Shown here piece by piece: positions 26,286 through 34,690 of a DNA stretch of 64,000 nucleotides (position 1 is its first letter; each line of letters begins with the position of its first letter). Below the pieces are notes generated by a model. It saw only the letters and a list, made by a program, of their open reading frames with translations, had not been told where the DNA came from and searched no databases. The stretch lies in the sequence record ON529850.1. The stretch is one strand, 5' to 3'. The position numbers and the translations under genes are program-made.

Positions 26286-26320
26286 ACCTCCACAATGGCA
26301 AACGCCAGGATCGCTGTCAA

Positions 26321-26722
26321 TCACTGTTGGGAAGAAATTTCGTACTTGGCTTCCAAGAACGAGAGCAAGGCCTCGAAATCTTCGAGAGCAATCTTTCGCA
26401 TCTGAGCGTCTTCTTCAACAAGCGCGCTGTCATGACGCTCTTGCAGGGTGGCGGCGTCTTCGAGTTGACCTTCAGGAAAACGCACGAGATTGCGGCCCGC
26501 GAGCGTATGGATGTCTTCCGGGTAGGGGCAGTCCAACGCGGTGGCGTCCAGGATTGCGTTCTGCTCCGTTGTTAGGAAGGCGCCGATAGCACACGGCCCG
26601 GAATAGGAGGCCGGATCACCTTGCCACGCGGCGTGTTGCTGGGCCTGGAGTCGGCCTTCCGTATAGGCGATCCGAGCCGCCTTCAGGATGTCGGGCATGT
26701 TCAGGTGAATGGTCTCAACCAT
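26321..26722 (-). CDS. hypothetical protein
   Basis: start MVETIHL overlaps upstream stop. Confidence 0.7.
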   Translation of the reverse strand: MVETIHLNMPDILKAARIAYTEGRLQAQQHAAWQGDPASYSGPCAIGAFLTTEQNAILDATALDCPYPEDIHTLAGRNLVRFPEGQLEDAATLQERHDSALVEEDAQMRKIALEDFEALLSFLEAKYEISSQQ

Positions 26723-27260
26723 GTGCGGTGTCGCCTTCGTATTGGTCGGAAATGCAGGGGTGATAGGCCACGATGCCGTAGGCTTCTTCGTTCGACAGGC
26801 GCGTGTCATAGAGCTGTCGCGCCAGCCAGGCCCGGTTGGAATCGATGGTATGTTCGCCGTCGCCGGAAAGGGACCGCGCGGCAGGCGGCGCAGGATCGCC
26901 CAAGCGCGCCTGAATCGCCGACGCGACCGCAAAGAGGATGCGTTCCTGTCTTGTCAGACCTTGGCCTTGATCCGGCGCCAACAGCCCCACCAGGGAATCC
27001 ACCAGGGGCGTGAGCCGTTCCGCCAGCTCCGCCTTCGCCGCCAGTTCGGCTTGCAGCGCATTCGCCTGCTGTTCGAGGCGCTTGGCGCGTTCGGCGTCGC
27101 TCTCGCCAACCGGCCCTGTGCGCAGGTTAGCGATCATCGTCTTGGTCGCTTCCGTCAGCCCCGGATAACGGAAGGCGCGCCGCGCCCAGGGTTGATCTCT
27201 CGCGAAGGCGGGATCGTTCGGATGGAGCGGGATTTCCGGGGACGGCATGTCGCTGTTCAT
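26715..27260 (-). CDS. hypothetical protein
   Basis: SD AAGGAG. Confidence 0.75.
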   Translation of the reverse strand: MNSDMPSPEIPLHPNDPAFARDQPWARRAFRYPGLTEATKTMIANLRTGPVGESDAERAKRLEQQANALQAELAAKAELAERLTPLVDSLVGLLAPDQGQGLTRQERILFAVASAIQARLGDPAPPAARSLSGDGEHTIDSNRAWLARQLYDTRLSNEEAYGIVAYHPCISDQYEGDTAHG

Positions 27261-27412
27261 GGGGTCTCCTTAGGGTGTGGCACGGGCCGATGCAGCTGGC
27301 GGGCAGGATCACGCGCCTGCTTGTCCAGGATGTCGCGCATGGTGGGCTTGAAGGGTTCGCATCCACAGATGACGTGGCTTTGGAACCCGCGCGGGCAGGT
27401 AAGGTCACGCAT
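27257..27412 (-). CDS. small Cys-containing protein (51 aa)
   Basis: hand-translated; coupled both ends. Confidence 0.6.
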   Translation of the reverse strand: MRDLTCPRGFQSHVICGCEPFKPTMRDILDKQARDPARQLHRPVPHPKETP

Positions 27413-28286
27413 CGGCGAGCGCCGAGGCGGCGATGGCGCCGGTGTGCGTTGACATGTCGCGCGCGGTGTTCGCGTTGGCGTTTCTCGGCGATGCTTCGGC
27501 GATCCGTTTCAGGGCGTCCTCATAGCGCGCCACCTTACGGGCCAAGGCGCTCGACAGGATCGAACGGATGGGCTGATCCGCTTCCGACACCTGCGGGCAG
27601 GAGCCGTCCATCAGTTCGCCCGCCGCCGCATAGGTGGCGTCCCAGAAGCGGCCGTAGTTGAAGGTGATCGTCTCTGCGTCGACATGCCCGGCCTTGATGA
27701 TCTCGGTCATGATGATGTCCTGCACGCAGCCGCGCAGCAGCCCGTAGTTGATCCCGATGCAGTCTCCTTCGAGCGCCCGGCTGAGCGCCGCCGCCTGGCG
27801 GAAGGCCAGCAACGGCAAGGCTTCACGAAGGGCCTTGACGGAACTGTCCAGGACGACTTGATAGTCATCGTCCTCCTGGGGGCTGTAGAGCTCCATCACC
27901 TTCACGAAGGGCGCCAGGATTTTGATGACGTCACGCCGCATCGGCAGGTTGATGTCGGTGTCGCCGACGGCGATCTTCGCCGCCAGGCGTTCGATCATAC
28001 GGGCCGCCCGCCATTCCGGCTCTTGCTCCAAGGCCCATTGAACGCCACGCCGGCCGAAACTGCGGTTCGTTTCGAACGAGGCCCTGGCCTTGCGATCCAG
28101 CGCTTCGACATGGGATTTGGCGGTGGGATCGACCACCTTCAGGAGGTGGCCGATGACGGCTTCAGCGGCCTTTTCAAAACCGACCAGATAAAGGCCGGCG
28201 ACGGACGGAGAAAGACCGGATGCGTCGGCCTTGATGTGCGCCTTGAGCACGGCGACCAGTTCTTTTTGCAAAGTCACCCGGCTCAT
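27405..28286 (-). CDS. hypothetical protein
   Basis: ATGA overlap start MSRVTL. Confidence 0.75.
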   Translation of the reverse strand: MSRVTLQKELVAVLKAHIKADASGLSPSVAGLYLVGFEKAAEAVIGHLLKVVDPTAKSHVEALDRKARASFETNRSFGRRGVQWALEQEPEWRAARMIERLAAKIAVGDTDINLPMRRDVIKILAPFVKVMELYSPQEDDDYQVVLDSSVKALREALPLLAFRQAAALSRALEGDCIGINYGLLRGCVQDIIMTEIIKAGHVDAETITFNYGRFWDATYAAAGELMDGSCPQVSEADQPIRSILSSALARKVARYEDALKRIAEASPRNANANTARDMSTHTGAIAASALADA

Positions 28287-28513
28287 GATTTGTCCTTTTT
28301 CACCAGGACATAGCCCTGACGTTCGATTTCCGCGAGAATGGTGCGCGCGTCCCAGAGATGCCCGCTGCGCTCTTGGCTGGAGCAGCGTTCCCAGTTGAGT
28401 TCGCGCAGGTGCTCCAAGGTGTAGGGCATGCCGGCCGGCAGGGGATTGCGCGGGCCGACCAGGCACCGCGCGAAACGGTGTTCCCACTGTTTGGGGGTCA
28501 GTTCGGCGTCCAT
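28283..28513 (-). CDS. hypothetical protein
   Basis: SD GGAAGG. Confidence 0.7.
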   Translation of the reverse strand: MDAELTPKQWEHRFARCLVGPRNPLPAGMPYTLEHLRELNWERCSSQERSGHLWDARTILAEIERQGYVLVKKDKS

Positions 28514-29184
28514 GCGTCGCCCTTCCTCCAGCCGTTCAGGACGGCCTCTTTCGCCTGCGGCAGCGAAGTTTTGTAGAAGGTGCGGTGCGCCTTGATCGTC
28601 GCGATCAGTTCGGCGCCGTGAAGCGTTTTCACGTCACGTTCGCTGATGACATTGCACCCCAGACAGACTCGATCGGCATGATCGGTGCTGCCGCATTCGT
28701 AGCAGGGTTCTGTCCCGGCCTGGGTGTCGACCGCCACTTCCTTGTCCGCCGCGTCATCGCGCAGCGTCACCCAGCGGCCATCCGATTCGATGATCCGCCA
28801 ACCCGAAGCCGGCGCATTTTCGTCTTTCAGGCGATCCGCGAGCTCGATGAAGATGCGCTGGGCATAGGGGACCAGGGCCGAACCCCAGGGGGCGGGAAGC
28901 GCGGCGAACTCATAGGCGCGGCGCAGCAGCAGGTCGTCGAACGATTCGCCCGACGCGCGCGCCGGCAGGTCTCCGATCGGATCGCTGGGATCGTCGTGCA
29001 CCGTGCGCCAGGCTCCGTAGGCGAGCCACTGGAACAGCTGGCGCGCCAGGTCTCCGGTCTCGGCCTCGGTGTAGGTCAGGCCCATCTGTTTCTGGCGCTC
29101 ATCGGCGCGCTGGACGTATTTCTGCTCCAAGAAGAGCCGGATCAGGTCGACCTCGGGGACCATCAAGCGTTCAGCCACGGGCAT
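28498..29184 (-). CDS. hypothetical protein
   Basis: SD AAGGA; CYEC..CLGC near C-terminus. Confidence 0.75.
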   Translation of the reverse strand: MPVAERLMVPEVDLIRLFLEQKYVQRADERQKQMGLTYTEAETGDLARQLFQWLAYGAWRTVHDDPSDPIGDLPARASGESFDDLLLRRAYEFAALPAPWGSALVPYAQRIFIELADRLKDENAPASGWRIIESDGRWVTLRDDAADKEVAVDTQAGTEPCYECGSTDHADRVCLGCNVISERDVKTLHGAELIATIKAHRTFYKTSLPQAKEAVLNGWRKGDAWTPN

Positions 29185-29200
29185 TTCCTTTCATCTGTCG

Positions 29201-29234
29201 CGTTCCTTTACAAGCTCCCTGCACATCCCGTCAA
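29201..29234 (-). promoter_or_regulatory. probable promoter with the 12-bp box in flipped orientation
   Basis: minus TTGACG-N16-TGTAAAGGAACG. Confidence 0.5.
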
Positions 29235-29242
29235 CCACCGTC

Positions 29243-29707
29243 GTGAAATTTGTCGATTCAGAAGGCTTCCGCTATATGGGCCGCATGTCTTTGTCTGAAT
29301 CGAACATTGAGCTCATCCGAGAGGTTGGCGCCGACGCCCTGTTTGACCAGGATTGGTCCTTGTTGGAGGCGTTGCTGACGCGCGCCCGGCAAGAAGGGCC
29401 GGTGGAGGAAGTCCCCGAATCTCCGCCGGAAGACCCGCGCCTGGAAGTGGTCAAAGCCTTCGCCATCCACCATGGTTTCTATAAGGAGAATGGCCGCCGC
29501 CGCCGATTCTATAGTCGATTGGATCGCGGGTCCGTCTATCTGTATGAGACGTTGGGTCGCCGCGATCATCGCCTGGTGGGGCGTGCGGTGGAGACCGGGG
29601 ATTCCTACTTCACCTATCGCGCGGAACCGCTGGCGTCACACGCTGGTAAATCCGTGCCGACCCGTGATCTCATGGCGGCCCTCAACGCCTTGGCGCTGAC
29701 CCTGTAA
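29243..29707 (+). CDS. hypothetical protein
   Basis: 154-aa ORF followed by hairpin; start uncertain. Confidence 0.7.
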   Translation: MKFVDSEGFRYMGRMSLSESNIELIREVGADALFDQDWSLLEALLTRARQEGPVEEVPESPPEDPRLEVVKAFAIHHGFYKENGRRRRFYSRLDRGSVYLYETLGRRDHRLVGRAVETGDSYFTYRAEPLASHAGKSVPTRDLMAALNALALTL

Positions 29708-29710
29708 CGC

Positions 29711-29741
29711 AAAACCCCCGCTGGATCGGCCAGCGGGGGTT
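29711..29741. terminator. hairpin terminator
   Basis: AAAACCCCCGCTGG-ATCGG-CCAGCGGGGGTT. Confidence 0.65.
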
Positions 29742-29837
29742 CGTGCCTGGAAAGGCGATTGCGATCAATGAAGATCACCTCGACCAGCTTGTGCGTCGCT
29801 ACACTCAACCCGTGCTCAGCCTGATCGGACTCCCTGT

Positions 29838-30530
29838 TTGCCAGTTGTTCTGACGATCGTCAACCCCACCGACAGAACTGTTGACTCCTTCAGAGCGTCA
29901 GGGCAGAAAGTCGCCATGATCTACGACCATCCCATGAAACTGGCGCGATCGATGGCGAAGGCCTGCGCCCGACTCAAGTCCCTGGGCTACGCTACAGGTG
30001 CGCTACGTGTCGGCGAGGCGGCCTACTTCAATGTCACGACCGCCCAGGGGCGCTATTTCGAAGTCATCGTCCGGGAAGTTCCCGACGACGAGCAGATCGC
30101 CAATATGAACAAATCGTATCCCGATATTCGGGCCGGCTACGCCGAGCTGGGCGCGATCGACTTCACCGACGTGCAGTCGCGGGAGAAGCCGCCTCAAAAA
30201 GCGTCGATGGAGTTGCGTGAACGTCTGGCGGCGGCCCGAGCGACCGTCAAACCCCAACCGACCGAACTTCTGCGTTCCGCCACGGCGACGGCGTTGCAGG
30301 CGAACGCGCATCTGTCCCACGACGGCGTCGACTATAGCGAATGGCTGCTGCGTGAATGGGCGCATCAGGTCATGACGGTCAATGTGCCGCCGGCCGAAGT
30401 GACGGATCGAGCCAACCTGATCCGCATGACCCACAACGCGATCCGGGACATGTCGAACCAGACGGATTCGTTCCTGAGCGAGGCGCAGGCGCGCAACATC
30501 ACCTTGCTGAAGGAATGGGTGAAGGCATGA
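29838..30530 (+). CDS. hypothetical protein
   Basis: 230-aa ORF; start uncertain (possibly 29916). Confidence 0.7.
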   Translation: MPVVLTIVNPTDRTVDSFRASGQKVAMIYDHPMKLARSMAKACARLKSLGYATGALRVGEAAYFNVTTAQGRYFEVIVREVPDDEQIANMNKSYPDIRAGYAELGAIDFTDVQSREKPPQKASMELRERLAAARATVKPQPTELLRSATATALQANAHLSHDGVDYSEWLLREWAHQVMTVNVPPAEVTDRANLIRMTHNAIRDMSNQTDSFLSEAQARNITLLKEWVKA

Positions 30531-31201
30531 TCCCCGAAACCGTTTCCAGTCAAGGCCTGCGCGCCAGGGCGAAACTGCTGCGCAAGACGGGGCAGGATTG
30601 CGCCGCCAGCCATGTTGAACAGGCGGCCGAAAAGATCGACATGCTGGAAGAGCTCGTGCGGCAGGCGAGAATCGGTCTTGAACCCCTGGCGGGCGGCGCC
30701 GCGCTTTATCGGGCGGAACGCGCCGATGTCGCCGTCGGACTTTCTCGGGCCGGTTCGTTCGGGCGTGAGGATCATGCGCCGGTGATTCAGGTGGCGCACC
30801 TGCGCGCCGCCGCCGCGACGCTTTCCGCCATCGACGCCTATCTCTACCCTGACATGGGCCAGGCCGGCTACGTCGTCGCCAGCCGCAAGCGCACGAAAGG
30901 GGAGGACCGCTACATCACCCTGTGGCGCGCCAATGCGGCAGGCTATGCCTGGTCCCTGCCGTGGGCCGGTCTCTATACAGCGGAAGAGGCGCGGAAGCAT
31001 TCCCTGGCGCCCGACGACGACTATCCTGAGACCCATTCCTATGCGGCTCCTCTGTCAGCGATACGACCGCTGTTCATCGCGCCCATGCCCGGTATGATCG
31101 ACAACGACACCGGCCCGGTGCTGCCGAACACGCCGGAGAACTGGCGTCTGTTGGGACGGCTGAGCGCCGCCCTGCATGGCCGGCTGGAGGCGACCGCGTG
31201 A
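30527..31201 (+). CDS. hypothetical protein
   Basis: ATGA overlap; YITLWRANAAGYAWSL..AGLY phage motif. Confidence 0.75.
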   Translation: MIPETVSSQGLRARAKLLRKTGQDCAASHVEQAAEKIDMLEELVRQARIGLEPLAGGAALYRAERADVAVGLSRAGSFGREDHAPVIQVAHLRAAAATLSAIDAYLYPDMGQAGYVVASRKRTKGEDRYITLWRANAAGYAWSLPWAGLYTAEEARKHSLAPDDDYPETHSYAAPLSAIRPLFIAPMPGMIDNDTGPVLPNTPENWRLLGRLSAALHGRLEATA

Positions 31202-31422
31202 AGCAGTTCATCGTCCATGCGGAACCTGAAGAGGCGCAGAGGGCGCTTCAACTGCTCCTGGAGAACGTGCCCTACCTGGACGAAGCGTCCATTCCGGTGG
31301 GGCATGGGTGGGGTGTGAGCTCGAACGGGTGCAAGTTCTTCGTCCGGCGCACAAAGTCTGGCTATTCGATTCACCAGGAACGCCCGATGAAGACGGCGTG
31401 CAAGGCTGCTGCGGATGACTGA
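31198..31422 (+). CDS. hypothetical protein
   Basis: GTGA overlap. Confidence 0.7.
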   Translation: MKQFIVHAEPEEAQRALQLLLENVPYLDEASIPVGHGWGVSSNGCKFFVRRTKSGYSIHQERPMKTACKAAADD

Positions 31423-31627
31423 CGCCCCGCCTGAGACCATCTCCTATCCGGTCTGGATCACGCAGGGCGGGATGATGGTGCGTCGCGACAGCCTTCCGCG
31501 AGAACACCCGGAATGCCTCTACAACTACATTCGGCGCGAATATGGCGTCGCTCCGGAGCAGTATGGCGTCTTCCAGCCGCCGGCCGGCGAGTTTTATCCT
31601 TCCCCTCAAGACCCCATGTTCAATTGA
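31415..31627 (+). CDS. hypothetical protein
   Basis: coupled. Confidence 0.7.
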   Translation: MTDAPPETISYPVWITQGGMMVRRDSLPREHPECLYNYIRREYGVAPEQYGVFQPPAGEFYPSPQDPMFN

Positions 31628-31701
31628 CCACCCTTGGTTTCCTCCTGTTCGGCGCCGTCATGTCGGCGCTCTGTGTTTTCGTTTGGAAGGCTCCGGCATG
31701 A
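31624..31701 (+). CDS. 25-aa hydrophobic peptide
   Basis: TTGA and ATGA overlaps at both ends. Confidence 0.5.
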   Translation: MTTLGFLLFGAVMSALCVFVWKAPA

Positions 31702-31895
31702 AGCGTGACGACGACATCGCGACGCTGAGAGCGGAACTTCACCTCCTGGAAGAGGTGTGCGCCTGCTACGCGGACGATGAGGACGCCTATCTGGACGGCC
31801 ATGGCGAGCCCTTCGGCTCCATCACGACGGAATGCGGCATGAAGGCCCGCCAGGCAAGAGCACGTTGGCGCGCCCGCGAGGAGGCTAATCGATGA
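31698..31895 (+). CDS. hypothetical protein
   Basis: ATGA overlap. Confidence 0.7.
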   Translation: MKRDDDIATLRAELHLLEEVCACYADDEDAYLDGHGEPFGSITTECGMKARQARARWRAREEANR

Positions 31896-32536
31896 TCTCG
31901 CCCGACGACATGAAGGCGCTGCGAGCGTTTGCGCTTGGGCGGTCCACCGACATTGAACCGGAGGCCGTGGCGGCGCTGTTGAGCGTGCATGAGCAGCTGA
32001 GCGCGGCCGCCTCCGACCTTCTGCGCGCGTCCCAGCCTTTCGCGGACGGTTCCGATGAGTTGGTCAAGACGGTTCGGGATGGTCGGAAAATCTGGCATCG
32101 CGTGCGCGGCGGCCGCAAGATCGCGGTCGGCGCCACGGAGTATGAAGACCTGGACGTGTTCATCGACATCGGCCGGGCGGCGGATCGTATGGCGCGCCTC
32201 TACGATGGACGCACGTCCCCGCCGCTGGATGAACCTCTGGTCTGGCTGCTGCGGATGATGCAGGCGACGGGCGGAGAAATCGACGCCAGCGACAATCGGT
32301 GGAGCCCTCTCAACCTGTTCTGCGGCGACCGGGGCGAAGGTCTCGACACCTTTAATCTGGCGATTAACCTGGGCTTGATCCAGTCCAGCCACGACAGCGA
32401 CTTCGACACGTCCCGCGCATGGTTGACGACCACCGGCAAGGCCTATGTCGCCGAGCTGCCGGCTGTCACCTACGGCGTCGATTCGGCGTTGATCGACGCC
32501 CAGCCGGCCTACAGGCGGACGTTGAAGGCGGACTGA
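31892..32536 (+). CDS. hypothetical protein with C-terminal wHTH-like segment
   Basis: LAINLGLI..AWLTTTGKAY. Confidence 0.75.
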   Translation: MISPDDMKALRAFALGRSTDIEPEAVAALLSVHEQLSAAASDLLRASQPFADGSDELVKTVRDGRKIWHRVRGGRKIAVGATEYEDLDVFIDIGRAADRMARLYDGRTSPPLDEPLVWLLRMMQATGGEIDASDNRWSPLNLFCGDRGEGLDTFNLAINLGLIQSSHDSDFDTSRAWLTTTGKAYVAELPAVTYGVDSALIDAQPAYRRTLKAD

Positions 32537-32632
32537 ACGGCTGTCAGAATTTCTGGACAGGACTGACAGAACCTGGTAAGGTCAAATCTCTTGAGACTTG
32601 AATGTTCTGTTTAACCTGCGCGGAGAGTTTCC

Positions 32633-32716
32633 ATGAAGGCCAACACCACCGTGATCGGTGATCCGGGCACGACCTGCATTGAAGGGTGGCCCGCCAAGGG
32701 CACCACCTCGATCTAG
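32633..32716 (+). CDS. 27-aa peptide with triple TTxI repeat
   Basis: SD GGAGAG; MKANTTVIGDPGTTCIEGWPAKGTTSI; own terminator. Confidence 0.55.
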   Translation: MKANTTVIGDPGTTCIEGWPAKGTTSI

Positions 32717-32740
32717 TATCGGACCCAGAGCTGATTTTTA

Positions 32741-32770
32741 GACCCGCGTCGGACCACCGGCGCGGGTTTT
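32741..32770 (+). terminator. intrinsic terminator
   Basis: ACCCGCG..CGCGGGT-TTT. Confidence 0.7.
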
Positions 32771-32862
32771 GCTTTGAGAGGCGTTCGATGCTATGCTTCC
32801 GGCATGCTGAAAATCAGACGCAGGATGATCGCTTAGGCACCTCGGTTCCGGGGTGCTTTACT

Positions 32863-32937
32863 GCGCCCTGGGTGTGATGGACAGCACAACCGTCTTCTAA
32901 ACGGCAAGACCAGGTTCGATCCCTGGAGGGCGCGCCA
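32863..32937 (+). tRNA. tRNA-Arg(UCU)
   Basis: acceptor GCGCCCT/AGGGCGC, anticodon loop CT-TCT-AA, T-arm CCAGG-TTCGATC-CCTGG, encoded CCA. Confidence 0.95.
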
Positions 32938-32941
32938 CCTA

Positions 32942-33005
32942 TCACTCGCTTGCGCTTCGCGCGGCGCTCGTGCCCGGCTTCGCCGGCCGCACCTTCGGTC
33001 GGACC
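32942..33005 (+). repeat. tri-hairpin dispersed repeat, copy 7
   Basis: starts 4 bp after tRNA CCA; loops TTC/TTC/TTC. Confidence 0.9.
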
Positions 33006-33138
33006 CCATGGAGGGACGGCCGAGACGACGTCTCGATCGGTTTAGAGAACCGACGAACTGTCAAGTTTAACTTGACAATTCCGACGATAGTTAAACCGCG
33101 ATAATTTGTGCTTGACCGTCGCATTTCGTTCCTATACA

Positions 33139-33325
33139 TCACCCCTCGTCGCGGCGCCTCCCGCCCCTCCTGACGACGACGGTAAGACGGACCCAGGGGT
33201 GATTTGGAAGGAGGCATCGTAGCGATGAAGGGGTGAGCGGCTGACGCCGAGCGCCCTGCCCGCCGGATTGCCGGCATGAAGGCGGGCTAGTCGATGCGTT
33301 TGGGTTCGACCCCCTGCCGTGACTC
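33139..33325 (+). ncRNA. candidate structured RNA / leader (anti-SD hairpin, 3-way junction, T-loop-like hairpin)
   Basis: TCACCCCT/AGGGGTGA enclosing CCTCCC..CCTCCT loop; GCATCG/CGATGC junction; GGGTTCGACCC. Confidence 0.5.
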
Positions 33326-33348
33326 CAACATTTCAGAAAGGACGCCCG

Positions 33349-33642
33349 ATGATAGTCAAGCCCAGGAAGCCGCTTTATGACGGCGTCGCGATGAACCGGG
33401 AATATCCGGACACCTTCTTCATCCCCAGCGAGGCGGACCGCACGAACCTGAAGCCCGGCGCGTCGGCCAAGATCGGCTGCGACGGCGAACGCTTCTGGAC
33501 GGAGATCAAGGAGGTGAGGATCACGCAGGCCGGCACTACCTATGTGGCGCGCGTCGACAACGACCTTCAACTGACCGCCCACGGTCTGAAGTGCGACGAT
33601 CTGGTCGAGATCGAGCCGAAGCATATCCTGGCGTTCAACTGA
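33349..33642 (+). CDS. DUF2314/YegJ-like protein
   Basis: ERFWTEI..YVARVDND..L..DDLVEIEPKHI pattern recalled; SD AAGGA. Confidence 0.65.
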   Translation: MIVKPRKPLYDGVAMNREYPDTFFIPSEADRTNLKPGASAKIGCDGERFWTEIKEVRITQAGTTYVARVDNDLQLTAHGLKCDDLVEIEPKHILAFN

Positions 33643-33658
33643 TGGCGACGATTATTGA

Positions 33659-33691
33659 AAAAGGCCCCTGGTGAACCAGGGGCCTTCTTTC
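33659..33691. terminator. bidirectional terminator
   Basis: AAAAGGCCCCTGG-TGAA-CCAGGGGGCCTTCTTT. Confidence 0.8.
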
Positions 33692-34334
33692 ATTCCGCGC
33701 CGTATCCGGGAGCGAGCGCTCTTTGGATGTTCACCCGCGCCCTGGCCTCCAGGGCCTTCTTGAACTGCGCGGTGTGGAAGATGGTCGGCTGGGTCAGCAT
33801 GTGGGCGAGGAAGCGCCGGCGCCCTTCATCATAAAGGGCTGGATCGGCGCCGCCCGCCAGGTATTCCGCCTTGATGTTGGCGCTGTTGCGATCGTATTCG
33901 GCCGGCTCGGCGCCCAGGCCCGCCAGGTCCAGGTCGATCATGTGCTCGATGATCGAGCGCCAGGCGACGGGATAGCCGCCTGGAACCAGGTCGGGATCGT
34001 GATTGATCGTCGCCAGGATCAGCGGTTGCACCGCCCCGCTGCGAAGGGTTTCGTGCCGGCCGGTGATCTGCTGCCAGGCCCTCAGGCTCTCGCGCTCGTT
34101 CCACCCCTTTTCCCGACCGATCTGATAGACGCAGTCGTGCGCCATGACCGCCGAAACGAAGTCGCCCTCCAGCTGATCCGAATCGATCGGATTGCGGTAG
34201 TCGGGGATGACGATCCCGCGCGTGCGGCCTGACGCGTGCAGCTCCAGCATCTCCAGGACATGGAAGACGCTGTGGTAGCGGCGATGCGGCTCGTCATAGA
34301 GGCGCAGAATCTGGAGGTCTTGAACGTAGATCAT
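33690..34334 (-). CDS. HD-superfamily phosphohydrolase (COG4339-like)
   Basis: YDEPHRRYHS..H; AHDCVY; NERES; ILATINH; DLDLAGLG; R..FL..IFHT. Confidence 0.85.
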   Translation of the reverse strand: MIYVQDLQILRLYDEPHRRYHSVFHVLEMLELHASGRTRGIVIPDYRNPIDSDQLEGDFVSAVMAHDCVYQIGREKGWNERESLRAWQQITGRHETLRSGAVQPLILATINHDPDLVPGGYPVAWRSIIEHMIDLDLAGLGAEPAEYDRNSANIKAEYLAGGADPALYDEGRRRFLAHMLTQPTIFHTAQFKKALEARARVNIQRALAPGYGAE

Positions 34335-34459
34335 AGGTGTCTTTTACGGGTTGACGGGAATGCTGTCAAAGTCGTATAGAGAGGCATAGGTCTAAGGGGA
34401 GGCCTTGGGTGTCCGCATGGCGGACGCGCGGCGCAGTCGCAAAAGCTAAAGAGCAGCGC

Positions 34460-34690
34460 TCACCCCACCTTACGCTTTTGAGCGTAGATCGCGCGAATGG
34501 GGTTCATCCCATCGTCGATCGGCTGGAACGCCTTCCACATTTCATTACGCCACGCCTTGGTCATCGCCAGGATGCGGTCGCGTTCGGGGCTGTCCAGCAC
34601 CTCGCCCGTCTCGGGATCGACGACGTAAAAGCCATGCGTCATCAACCGGCGGAAGTCGTCGCACAGGCGTTCGGAAGGCGTTACAGCCAT
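34460..34690 (-). CDS. hypothetical protein
   Basis: start MAVTPS. Confidence 0.65.
   Translation of the reverse strand: MAVTPSERLCDDFRRLMTHGFYVVDPETGEVLDSPERDRILAMTKAWRNEMWKAFQPIDDGMNPIRAIYAQKRKVG

Noticed and set aside
33060-33105. CtrA-type TTAA-N7-TTAA site
   Set aside because: Only half-sites at the wrong spacing.
33210-33330. Second canonical tRNA (Ser/Sec-like)
   Set aside because: T-loop present, but no proper 7-bp acceptor, D-arm or anticodon arm could be drawn.
34345-34460. Possible plus-strand promoter (TTGACG..TATAGA) driving an antisense RNA
   Set aside because: Spacing is non-optimal, it overlaps the minus-strand promoter of the HD gene, and no terminator was found.
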